NCBI RefSeq assembly: GCF_004010195.1
Contig: NC_057719.1
Span: 61,610,467 to 61,674,466, forward strand
Reading direction: 5' to 3'
Length of the DNA stretch: 64,000 bases
From: Chiloscyllium plagiosum
Taxonomy: Eukaryota
In this document: in pieces, positions 26,510 through 37,529 of the stretch
Numbering within the stretch: the stretch's first letter is position 1
Layout of the letters: the number at the start of each line of letters is the position of its first letter
The notes under the pieces: model-generated
Database searches by the model: none
What the model saw: the letters and a program-made list of their open reading frames with translations, nothing else
What the model was told of the DNA's origin: nothing
Translations under genes and position numbers: made by a program

Positions 26510-26945
26510 ACACTTTGATTCCCTGACAGACCAAAATTCTGCCTGCACAACCTTAGTAGATTCAATATTTCTTATCCATCGCCTTCTGGGGAAGAGAATT
26601 ACAACAATTCACAGCCCCTTAAGAGAACAAATTTTCCCTCAGCTCAGTCCTAAATGCTCATTTCCTTTACCTGAAATCGTTACCTTTTGTTCTAGATTCC
26701 CAGACAGGGGAAACAACCTCTGATTATGTGCATTGTCAAGACTCTACCTAAACCTGAATGTTTCTCAGATAATCTAATTTTTTTCTAAACTCCAAAAAAT
26801 ATAGATCCAATTTGCTCAGCATTTTATCATAGGACATCACTCTGAACCCAGGGACCAGTCTGGTGAACCTTCAATGTATTACCTCCAATGCAAGTATACG
26901 CATCCTTAAATGACGAGAGTAAATTTGCACACATATTCCAGGAAT
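26510..26945 (-). mobile_element. Decayed CR1 fragment
   Basis: GGGACCAGTCTGGTGAACCTT...CTCCAATGCA (reverse of ALE.VQRRFTRL). Confidence 0.6.
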
Positions 26946-27606
26946 GGCCCACTGTTCTGAAGTTCCAGCAGGGAGAAGATATGTGCTTTATATACACTTT
27001 TCATTAGGGATTGCAGACCTCAGATTGGAGCAATAGGAGGCCCCACCAACCTGGCAGGCAAGTCACCTTAGCTTCCCATTCGGAAAACTTTCTCACTCGC
27101 TGGGCCTTAACTGGTGGTGTGTTCAGAAGGCCTATAGACCTTTACACACAGAACTTAATTGGTGAAGTACTGCGAAGGGGTGCCCAAGCCCTTCTCATCA
27201 CCTCTTCCATCATCTCTCAGCATGGGAAAGATTAAACCTTTAATCTTATATTAGTAATACTCAATGTATATTGCTTTCTTATACAGTAAACATTTTTGTT
27301 TAGAATACAAAATCCAGTGCCTTAATTTGTTACACTTTATAACAGATTTGAATTTTTTTTATAAGTTAATGGTTTCCCTTAAGATCATAAACAAACTACT
27401 GCATATTTGGTTGCCATGGATCACACTGCCACCCACCAGCTTCCACAAGCTGCAGCTGCAATATATTACCTGTCACACCATTTTTAAAAATTTAACTATT
27501 TTTGTTTCAGACAAACTATTATCTGTAGCTGTATTTCATAACTATGTTTAACTGGTTATGGTTCAAATTTAATAAATATCTATATCCACCAGTCCTGGTT
27601 TAAACA

Positions 27607-27947
27607 TTTTTTTTAATGCATGAGGTCATCACTGGCTGGGCCAGCATTAATAGCCCATCTCTAATTGCTCAGAGGGCATTTAAGAGTCAACCACTTTGCT
27701 GTGGGTCTGGAGTCACATATTGGTCAAACCAGGTAAGGATGGCAGTTTCCCTCCCTAAAAGATATTAGTGAACCAGATGGGTTTCCCTCATAATTAATGG
27801 TGATCTTAAGATTCTTAATTCCAGATTCTTATGGAATTCAATTTCCACCATCTGCCATAGCAGGAGTTGAACCCAGATCCCCAGGGCATTAACTGAGTCT
27901 CTGAAATAACAGCCCAATGATAATGTCACTAGACCATCACCTCCCAT
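27607..27947 (-). mobile_element. DeuSINE (SacSINE1-like), second copy
   Basis: Reverse-complement homology to 5697-6050. Confidence 0.8.
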
Positions 27948-28310
27948 CTACTGCAATGGCAACTGTTTAAGAGATAACCTATCGAAATTCATGAATGAAT
28001 CATCTAGGTTCATTCTAACTAATGCCTTTGAAAACCTATCAGCTATTGGAGGCTGAAGAAAAGGTATTACATCCAGCATCTCCTTCCACCAAAGTTAATT
28101 GTTCAAAATTCTCAAGTTATAACTTGTTCCTTATCACACATCAGACTTGTTGTTTTCACTCTGCTCCGGTTCCTTGATTCCATGTTTCTATATACTTTGT
28201 TTTCATTCCATGGTGATAATTAAATTTCTACCCGATGAAGCCAGGCTAGAAAATATTTGCTGCCAAGGATAATCACAGAGAGGTGTACCTTAGTGGTCTA
28301 CAGTGAAATA

Positions 28311-28435
28311 TTGCCATTATTCCTGATGAAGACCTTAATTGATTCTCTCACTACTCAGATGCTGCCTGACCTGTTGTGCTTTTCCAGCACCACTCTCGAC
28401 TTTCATCTCCAGCATCCACAGTCCTCACTTCTACG
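28311..28435 (+). mobile_element. Short Penelope terminus with 11-bp TSD
   Basis: TTCCTGATGAAG...GATGCTGCCTGACCTGTTGTGCTTTTCCAGCACC; TSD ACAGTGAAATA at 28300-28310 and 28436-28446. Confidence 0.7.
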
Positions 28436-29351
28436 ACAGTGAAATACATGTTCTCCGTTTTATTAACTAGTTACTATTTCATTGTTTTAACAAACTTCTT
28501 CAGTTTTATCATTAGTTTGTCCATCATTCTTTCCAAATATTATAATTAAAGAGTTATGTGGGCATGAAGGCCATTTGGAGTGAGGGTGAAGGGGAACCAA
28601 TCAGCCATTCTTACACATTTACTGAATGTGTGCAGTTGAGCAACGTTTTATGAAAGCAAAATTCAACAAAGTAGCACAAATAAAATAAATGGGAGTGTTA
28701 GGCTACTCCCAAAAATTTTGCAGTTATGGACAATCCAAGGTAAATCTACGGTTTTCAGATGTATAGATTTGTGAAATTATAAAAAGACCAGTTATGATCT
28801 TTATTTTTATATTAGTCAATATAATTACTCAGTGTAAAGTTGTGCAACTTAATTTCAAAGATAGATTCCTTGAAAAAAGCATCCACATAAACTTGTATGA
28901 TAAACATGACCAATAGTTTCAGTCCTACATGAAATAACTTTAGACAGATTCAAATCAATATCAGCCCTTGCACAAAACTGTGATTTCACTCAGATCAAAC
29001 AATTGTAGATGTTAAAGTAGAAAACTTCAAGTCAAGAGAATGCGACATGACTGTGAAAATATAATGAAGTCTCACTGTTGGGAAAAGTATCTTTGAAATT
29101 TAAGCACAAATGGAAGTCATATCAATTTTCTCATGTCTCTCTCTTTTCTACGAGGAGGAGCTTCACCAGGTGAAAGACCTGGAGGAACTTGACACTAACT
29201 AAAATGGAAATATTCCATTTGTCAAAATCAACATTTAATTTATCAACAAACATACAAAATTTCATGAAGATTCAGGAAGTAAGATATTTAAAATCAGAAG
29301 ATATTTTATGTATTCAAACAATTACAGAATATAAATCACCAACTAGTTTAC

Positions 29352-31349
29352 CTCAATTTTTTCCCATACGTCACTGTTATTCTGCTTCTGCTGAATATCC
29401 TGCTGAAGCTGTTGAACCAGAGTTGATTTAGGAGAAGCACAGTCTAAGGCATTCTTTGGCATCTGTGTTAACCAGTGATGTGAGAGTTGGGTAGTAGTGT
29501 AGTGCTTAGCAGTTGTGTCTGCTATTGACAACTCATCATCGGACGGGATGTTGCTGAGTGGACCTGACTCAATGCTATCATCCAAGGAGGAAGCGACATC
29601 ACTGGAGGAAGATGGAGATATAGTTCCAGTTTTAAGGAGGTATTTCTTGTTTTCGTTGTGAATTAATGGAATTGCCTCATTCATAGAATTTGCTTCTGAC
29701 AGCTCCCAATCTTCAATGTTCTGAAATGTTTCACCTGGAGAATGATGTGACAACAGCTTTGTCAAATTCTCTAGCTTCAAAGTTAATCCTTCAGTTTCTT
29801 TCAGGTGCGACGGAAGAGCCAAATACTCATTCGATTCAAACCAAATGTCAGCTGAATGATTTTCAGTGGTTTTATTTTGGCTTGAATGATTTTGTGTCCT
29901 TGGTTGCTGTTGTAGCAAAGATAGAGTGGGGATAAAGCCAGAAGAATCTATCCTGGTCTCATTTTGTAGCACATGTAAAGATAATTGGGCAGGCATTGAT
30001 TCAGAGGAACTCCGACTAATCAGTGGCTGCTTCTTATACTCATTAGAAGACTCTTGATCTTGATACCATGCGGAAATGTTAATTGGCTCACAACTATCCT
30101 CACACTTTACAGTAAATGAGTCAGAACTATTGTTATTCTCACTAGTTGGTATTTTTGTATGAGGAGGACAACATGGATGGAAATTCTTCAGTTTACCTGT
30201 GGTATCTAGTTGCTTCTGATATGGGGACGTCTGTCTGGAGAATAAGGAAATGTCACTTTGTGTATTTTGCACAGAACTGATATTTTGCACTAAAGGTTCT
30301 CGATCATGTGATGTGGGGCTTCTTGCAGACTCTTTGTTAGATTGCCTAAAATCATGAAGGTCGCATGATTTCCAAATAGCTGGAGACTTTTTTTGATGTT
30401 GTTCATTGGTTTTATTTCGATCTAATGTGGTCTTTTTAAAATTACATTGAGAAGAAGAACTTGGGTATCCATTGTCTGTACCACTTGTTTTGTTTAACTC
30501 ATCACATGAGTAACTGACAGCAGCATTTGCAGTGCTTGGGTAGGATGAATCTAGGTCGAGCCAAAGTCTGGACTTGTCAGGATGATCAAAGAGGGATGGT
30601 GTACTTCTGCTCATTTCTGCCTTGTGCAGGAGAATAGAAGGTGAAATTCTGCAGCAGCTAACCTCCAGATCATCTTTAGATATTTCATTTAGGTACAAAG
30701 CTCTTTTGGGTAAGGAAGGTTGTGTCAGAGACTCTGCGTTATAATTGAAACAATCTTTAATTGGTCTTTTTGGTATTGTGTTTTCACAGTGGTTACTACT
30801 TGCATTACAAGAATGTACTTGCACATGTCTCTTGGTTTCCAAGACATCAGTATTAGTGTCAGAAAATACTTTCTGTCTGGAGTTTCTAATTTCTTTTTGG
30901 GTTCTTGTACACTCCATTGGAGGACTTTGAGGCAGGGCTGGTTGATTTGCTGATGTGGGTGACAGCTTGGAGTTTGCCACGCCTTTCTTGTCCTGTACCA
31001 AGGTTTGATGAACTGTGCATGTTAAGTGACTTTCACCACTAGCCTTAATTTCTTCCTGCCTGGAAGTGGAATGATCATTTGCAACAGAAAGTAGCCCCAT
31101 GTTGCCAATCAACTCTGGAAAGCCATTTTCCAGGTCAGCACAGTTCCAATGCTCAAGCGGTTTTGGTTTAGCCCTGGCAGCTGAACTGGAGGTCATGGTA
31201 GCCTCCGGGCCACAGGGCACGTCTTCACTTGGACTGTAGCCAGACAGTTCGAAGGCAGTGATACCACAATCCAAAGAAAAGTAGTCTTGAGAACATTTAA
31301 TGGTCAGCTGACCTGCATCATCAACTTCAGTCAGAGTGTCCAAACAGGT
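29352..31349 (-). CDS. AKAP6: AKAP6 large internal coding exon, 1998 nt / 666 codons, phase 0-0
   Basis: Open frame TCLDTLTEVDDAGQLTIKCSQDYFSLDCGITAFELS...IKDCFNYN...EMSRSTPSL...EYLALPSHLKETE...IEDWELSE...SPSSSSDVASSL...WEKIE matches AKAP6 motifs. Acceptor TTTTCTTTCTGCAG (AG 31351-31350); donor GAG|GTAAAC (GT 29351-29350). Joins in frame to the 57340-57089 exon. Confidence 0.95.
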
Positions 31350-32319
31350 CTGCAGAAAGAAAATGTAAAAAAGCCTTCATAAACTAAATGTACATTCTAA
31401 ATTCTGTTCTGAATGTTAATGTCTCATTACTTAATATATATAGTACACATTAAAAATGTTGCTAAAGCAACACAATTGTAAATAAACAAAATACATATGC
31501 ATGAAGTAACTGGTACAAGCCTCAAAGGTCTGTGATAACCAGAGGATATAACTTTGAATTTTACAAACATAACTTTTGCAAACATAATGTTTAGACACAC
31601 AAACTCGGGTCACATATTTATTGTGCTTTGAAAGTATACCCTTAAATTTAGGGTAAAATAAAGGGGGTTGTATGAACTGTTCTGAATATGCATAACATTA
31701 GCCTTTGGTTGTTTGATTGTTAAACCTTAAGAAAGGACTAGCTCATTTTAGTGGGTAGAAGGTGCAATCTGCCTACTCTTGGAGACAATGGTAACAGGTT
31801 CTATGTTTACAATGAATAGATTCTGAGTCTTCTAGAGTCCCACAAAGATGTAGCAGATATCAGATTGCAAACTGTTGAACAGTAAACTTTCTATTTATTT
31901 CTGACATGAAAGAGAGTTGAACCTAGGAATGGCTAATCAGCATTTCAATATGTTTTATTTTGCCATAGGGAGGATAGCAGTATAATCCATTCTGAGATCT
32001 GGTTACAGGATTCCTTTCAATTGAATGTGTATCAAAGACAGACAGCAGTTTCGTATGGTTAGCAGAAAAAAGAGGCAACTTTGGTTGACAAGAATTCACA
32101 ACATGGTCTCTCATCAAACAGATGTGAACTAGGGAATCTGGGAGATGCAAAAGAATCATCAGAATAAGCTTTACCTGCTGGTGGTGGACTAAAGAACACT
32201 TGGAAAACTGAGAAAAACACATGTGAAGGGTCACTCAAAACCACTACTTGGCAAAACTAGTATACAGGAATTCATTAGAAACTACGAACAGCTATGAACA
32301 GTTTACTACTATTAGAACT

Positions 32320-35300
32320 TGAAATAACTGCACAGAGGCTGATATCCCATCACCAAGTCACTCTTTATTTACATGTGCACATTACATGGGCTCTGACCAG
32401 CGAGCTTAGAGCCAGTCCTTAGAATGGATACTCTCCTGTTTATTTATTTTTTTCCTTTTTTTATGTACGAAAGACACTATGTCTTTGTGATATCATTTCC
32501 AACCTCAGGGAGAAAAGAAAACGTAAAGAAAAATGTAGCACTTAGAAATGACTATTTAGGATGAACTGTGAAATAATTCCACAGAGGCCAGTATCCCATC
32601 ACCAAGTCACCCTTTATTTACATGTGCACATTACATGGGCTCTAACCAGCGAGCTTAGAGCCAGTCCTTAGAATGTGTAGACTCTACTGTTTATTGTTTT
32701 TTCTTTTTTTAATTTTATTTAATTTATTTTTAAAAATTACCCCCACCCTACCGCCTAACTGCAGTGGTGCTTATTAATTCCCCCACACCCATATTGTGTG
32801 TGTGCAGGTGTGAGACACAGTGAAAAACACAAGGTGCATGAAACTTTATTCAATTTCCACCACCAGGAAGAAAAGAAACACCCCAGGGACCAATGACAAG
32901 CAGTGCCCTTCACATCAAACGGCAGTGCTGTGTGATCAAACCAGTGAAAGGGAGGGTAGGGACTAAATCAAAATAGAGTTGGAGGGAGAAATAATACACT
33001 CCACTCCCTGCGGCGCCCACCTCTCCCCTTCACATCAAACGGCAAACTCTACTTTTATTGCTTTTTCCGTCTCCAAGTTGCCCTTTATTTACATGTACAT
33101 AGTCTGAGACACTGATCCAGCTCCTTCAGAGCCAGCTCTCAGAGTGAACAGAACCCATGACACTCCTGTTAATTTCTTTTTTCCTAAAAAAACCACCACA
33201 CTATCGCCTAACTGCGGTAGAATTACCCCCACACTGCCGCCTAACTGCGTTAGAACTCTACTGTTTATCTTTTTTACTGAGTGAGGGCTGGCAACACACC
33301 TGAGAACACTCCAGTTTTTTTTAACACCCACACTACCGCCTAACTGCGGTAGTATTCAATTTCCACCACCAGGAAGATAGGAAAACACCCAAGTGGCCAA
33401 TGACAAGCACTGCCCTTCACATCAAAGGGCAGTGCTGTGTGATCAAAACAGTGAAGGGGAGGGTAGGGACTAAATCAAAATAGAGTTGGAGGGAGAAATA
33501 ATGCACTCCACTCCCTGTGGCGCCCACTTCTCCCTGAACAACTCCAGGGTGTTGGTCGACACCGCGTGCTCCTTCTCCAAGGACACCCGGGCTCTAACGT
33601 AAAATTCTACTGTTTATTTTTTTTTCCTGGTTATATTTTTTCTTTTTTTTTCTTTTTTTATTTTTCTTTTTTTAAATTTAACCCCCACACTACCACCTAA
33701 GTACGGTAGTGCTTATTTTTTTCCCCAGCACCCATGGTGTGTGTGTATACGTGTGAAACACAGTGAAAGACACAAAGTGCACGAATCTTTATTCAAATTC
33801 CACCACCAGGAAGATAGGAAAACATCCGGGTGGCCAGTGACAAACACTGCCCTTCACATCAAGGGACAGTGCTGTGTGATCAAAACAGTGAAGGGGAGGG
33901 TAGGGACTCAATCAAAATAGAGTTGGAGGGAGAAATGATGCACTCCACTCCCTGCGGCGCCCACCTCTCCCTGAACAACTCCAAGGTGTGGGTCGACACC
34001 GCGTGCTCCTTCTCCAAGGACACCCGGGCCCTAACGTAAAATTCTACTGTTTATTTTCTTTTTTTCTTTCTTTTTTTTTCTTTTTTTGCAAGTGTGAGAC
34101 ACAGTGAGAGACACAAGGTGCACGAATCTTTATTCAAATTCCACCATCAGGAAGATAGGAAAACACCCGGGTGGCCAGTAACAAACACTGCCCTTCACAT
34201 CAAAGGGCAGTGCTGTGTGATCAAAAACAGTGAGGGGGAGGGTAGGGACTAAATCAAAATAGAGTTGGAGGGAGAAACGATGCACTCCACTCCCTGCGGC
34301 GCCCACCTCTCCCTGAACAACTCCAGGGTGTTGGTGGACACCGCGTGCTCCTTCTCCAAGGACACCCGGGCTCTAACATAAAATTCTACTGTTTATTTTT
34401 TTTTTATCCCCGCCACACCTGTTTTTTTTATTTTTACCCCCACACTACCACCTGAATGTGGTAGTGCTTATTTTTTTCCAGCACCCATGTTGTGTGTGTG
34501 TAGGTGTGAGACACAGTGAAAGTCACAAAGTGCATGAATCTTTATTCAATTTCCACCACCAGGAAGACAGGAAAACACCCGGGTGGCCAGTGACAAGCAC
34601 TGCCCTTCACATCAAGGGACAGTGCTGTGTGATCAAAACAGTGAAGGGGAGGGTAGGGACTAAATCAAAATAGAATTGGAGGGAGAAATGATGCACTCCA
34701 CTCCCTGCGGCGCCCACCTCTCCCTGAACAACTCCAAGGTGTGGGTCGACACCGCGTGCTCCTTCTCCAAGGACACTCGGGCCCTAACGTAAAATTCTAC
34801 TGTTTATTTATTTATTTTTTTAAAAATTTAACCCCCACACTACCACCCAAGTGCGGTAGTGCTTATTTTTTCCCCAGCACCCATGGTGTGTGTAGTGCTG
34901 TGTGATCAACACAGTGGAGGGGAGGGTAGGGACTAAATCAAAATAGAATTGGAGGGAGAAATGATGCACTCCACTCCCTGCGGCGCCCACCTCTCCCTGA
35001 ACAACTCCAAGGTGTTGGTCGACACCGCGTGCTCCTTCTCCAAGGACACCCGGGCCCTAACGTAAAATTCTACTGTTTATTTTTTTTTTTTTTTTTTCTT
35101 TTTTTTTCTTTCTTTCCTGTTCTTTTTTTCTTATTAACCCCCACACTACCACCTAAGTGCGGTAGTGCTTATTTTATCCCCAGCACCCATGGTGTGTGTG
35201 TGCAGGTGTGAGACACAGTGAAAGACACAAAGTGCACCAATCTTTATTCAATTTCCACCACCAGGAAGATAGGAAAACACCCGGGTGGCCAGTGACAAGC

Positions 35301-35608
35301 ACTGCCCTTCACACCAAGGGACAGTGCTGTGTGATCAAAACAGTGAAGGGGAGGGTAGGGACTAAATCAAAATAGAATTGGAGGGAGAAATGATGCACTC
35401 CACTCCCTGCGGCGCCCACCTCTCCCTGAACAACTCCAAGGTGTTGGTCGACACCGCGTGCTCCTTCTCCAAGGACACCCGGGCCCTAACGTAAAATTCT
35501 ACTGTTTATATCAGTTAGCTAGGGCTTCCTGATTGGTCCAGGTTAACAAGCCCAATCAAGGATATCATAGTCAATAAGATCCACCTGGCCCTTGTTCCAA
35601 TCACTACA
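32320..35608 (-). mobile_element. Solo LTR (Gypsy-like) split at its TATA box by an array of Tx1-like 3' ends
   Basis: Minus strand begins TGTAGTGA (35608), has CCAAT boxes and TATAAACAGTAG (35510-35499). It resumes with R/U5 containing AATAAA and ends TTATTTCA (32569 and 32320). Outer flanks GAACT / GATCT are a possible 5-bp TSD with 1 mismatch. Confidence 0.7.
32695..35494 (-). repeat. Head-to-tail array of ~7 Tx1-clade non-LTR retrotransposon 3' ends (~260-420 bp each) plus short stubs
   Basis: Units at ~32695-33044, 33315-33601, 33618-34040, 34055-34381, 34422-34792, 34808-35065, 35081-35494. Minus strand encodes YVRARVSLEKEHAVSTNTLELFRERWAPQGVECIISPSNSILI* (Tx1-type ORF2 C-terminus), then 3'UTR and poly(A). 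Units are separated by CTACTGTTTAT. Confidence 0.85.
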
Positions 35609-37304
35609 GATCTGTGATTCCTGCAAAAAGTGTTGTGAGATAACTATCAAACGGGAACATTCCATAAAATGCTGTTTAGTCAATAGTCCTTCCGATCATT
35701 TGTTTTAGTAACAGTTTTAAAATATGAAGTCTTGCTTTGTCATTCTTTTCAACTTTGCATTGAAATTTAGAATTTCTTTTCAAGTTGTAGTCCTTACAGA
35801 GTCTGACCAAATTAAGAATATGACGAATAATACATTTTTCAATGTGTAAGACTTATTTTAATCACTTCAGTTTCTTTATTATACTTAATTGATGATTGAT
35901 AATATTACCAGGATTTTTAAGCAAGTCATCAGTCATAACATCATACATAGTTTAATAAGAATTGTATCTGGAATTTAAACCAGAGCAATCCTGTTGTAAA
36001 AACTGATCTGGTTCTGTTGTGCAGAAAATCTGGCTCCTTACCTGGTATCACGTTATTAACATTCCAGACGCATTGTAATGTGTTGAATCTTAATTTCTAC
36101 CTGAAATGGCCTATGAAACTACAGTTTAAGGGAAGTTAGGGGTGGACAAGAAATGCTAGCCTTGCTAGGAGCACCCAAATTCCATGAAAGAATAAAGAAG
36201 AAGAAATTACTTACAAGTTGACCAACATCTGGGAGCTTCTAACAATGGATTGCAGAACTACCTGGACAGATACGTCACCCACATGGAAGTTCTGATTTGT
36301 TACTGTGTGGGTCCCCCCATTTGTGATTCCAATCTCTGAGCCTGGCTTAGTAACGAAGACATCTTGTAACTCGTTGTGCCTGCAGAAGTGCTGAAAGTAA
36401 CTCCATCTCCTAAAATTTGTTCAATTGATCAGACCACAGGGCCTGAACCTCCTTCTTTAACATGAATAGCTCACTAATGACCACATATTATCTGTTGATG
36501 ACCAGTATCAAGTGATTTAGTATTTTGGGGCATTTTAATCAGACATTCTGAAGTTTTAAATCGATCTGATAGCATCAGTCAAGAAAACAATAGACTCCAC
36601 GCCATCAGCTACATCTGCCCTGAAACTTAAAGCCTTGAAGCCTATTTCTGAAGCATCTTAAATTCACTTGAATAGCAAACTGATCATCTGTCTGCAAACA
36701 ATGCCAGAAACTGCAGTCACACTTTGCTGCCTCAGCTTCAACTTTGAAGGAACTCTACAACTCCTCACTTCTGCGTTATGACTGTGAGATGGCCATGAAC
36801 TGATCAATATGCTGTTTGATTCCAATATTCACATACAGGCAACTCCTTTCTTTTACTGTATCTTTATTGTGTGCATCGTAAAGTCACAGAAGATCACTGT
36901 GGGATTGAATGCGGGAGCAAATAATAATACTGGGAAATCTAAATTAGAGTCGGCTGCAAGTGACTTAGAATTTGCTTGATACAGTGCAAGGGTCTGAGAA
37001 ACAGGCCTCAGTCTTTTCAAAATTAAAACTATTCAGTTTATGTGCAGGAGCCAAACAAAAACAGATGAGTTGAGTCTGCCTCTTTCTCCTGGCTCTGACA
37101 TTTTTGTTTACAATGAGAAAATGGCAAATGAAATTTAAAGTAGATAAATGCAAAGCAATACACGGAGGATGACAAAAAAGTAAGTAAAACATTAAATACA
37201 TGAATAGTGATTTAATAGCTAAGGTTGAAATGAAAGATACTCAGCAATTTCAGGGAGAGTTTATAAGAAACCAAATCAAAGTCACAATAATTAGAATATT
37301 GAAC

Positions 37305-37529
37305 ATGATGTGGAGGTGCTGGTGTTGGACTGGGATGTACAAAGTTAAAAATCACACAACACCAGATTATAGTCCAACAGGTTTAATTGGAAGCACACTA
37401 GCTTTTGGAGCGCCGCTCCTTCATCAGGTGATCAGGTCAATCACCTGATGAAGGAGCGGCGCTCCAAAAGCTAGTGTGCTTCCAATTAAACCTGTTGGAC
37501 TATAACCTGGTGTTGTGTGATTTTTAACC
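37305..37529. mobile_element. Near-perfect fold-back Penelope-derived element with 13-bp TSD
   Basis: ~90-bp inverted arms (37344-37432 / 37440-37528); CTGATGAAGGAGCGGCGCTCC(A)AAA hammerhead-like core; TSD TAGAATATTGAAC at 37292-37304 and 37530-37542. Confidence 0.85.

Noticed and set aside
29343..31343. 666-aa ORF as a standalone single-exon gene
   Set aside because: The TTG start and the stop are artefacts; canonical splice sites define an internal AKAP6 exon at 31349-29352.
32695..35494. CRISPR-like or satellite interpretation of the array
   Set aside because: Units are 260-420 bp retroposon ends with poly(A) and coding remnants in vertebrate DNA; there is no repeat-spacer periodicity and no cas gene.
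35497..35517. Target motif as a U2 snRNA fragment (Keno-type target)
   Set aside because: There is only loose resemblance (CTGTT..TATCAGTT) and no flanking U2 sequence; the context is an LTR promoter.
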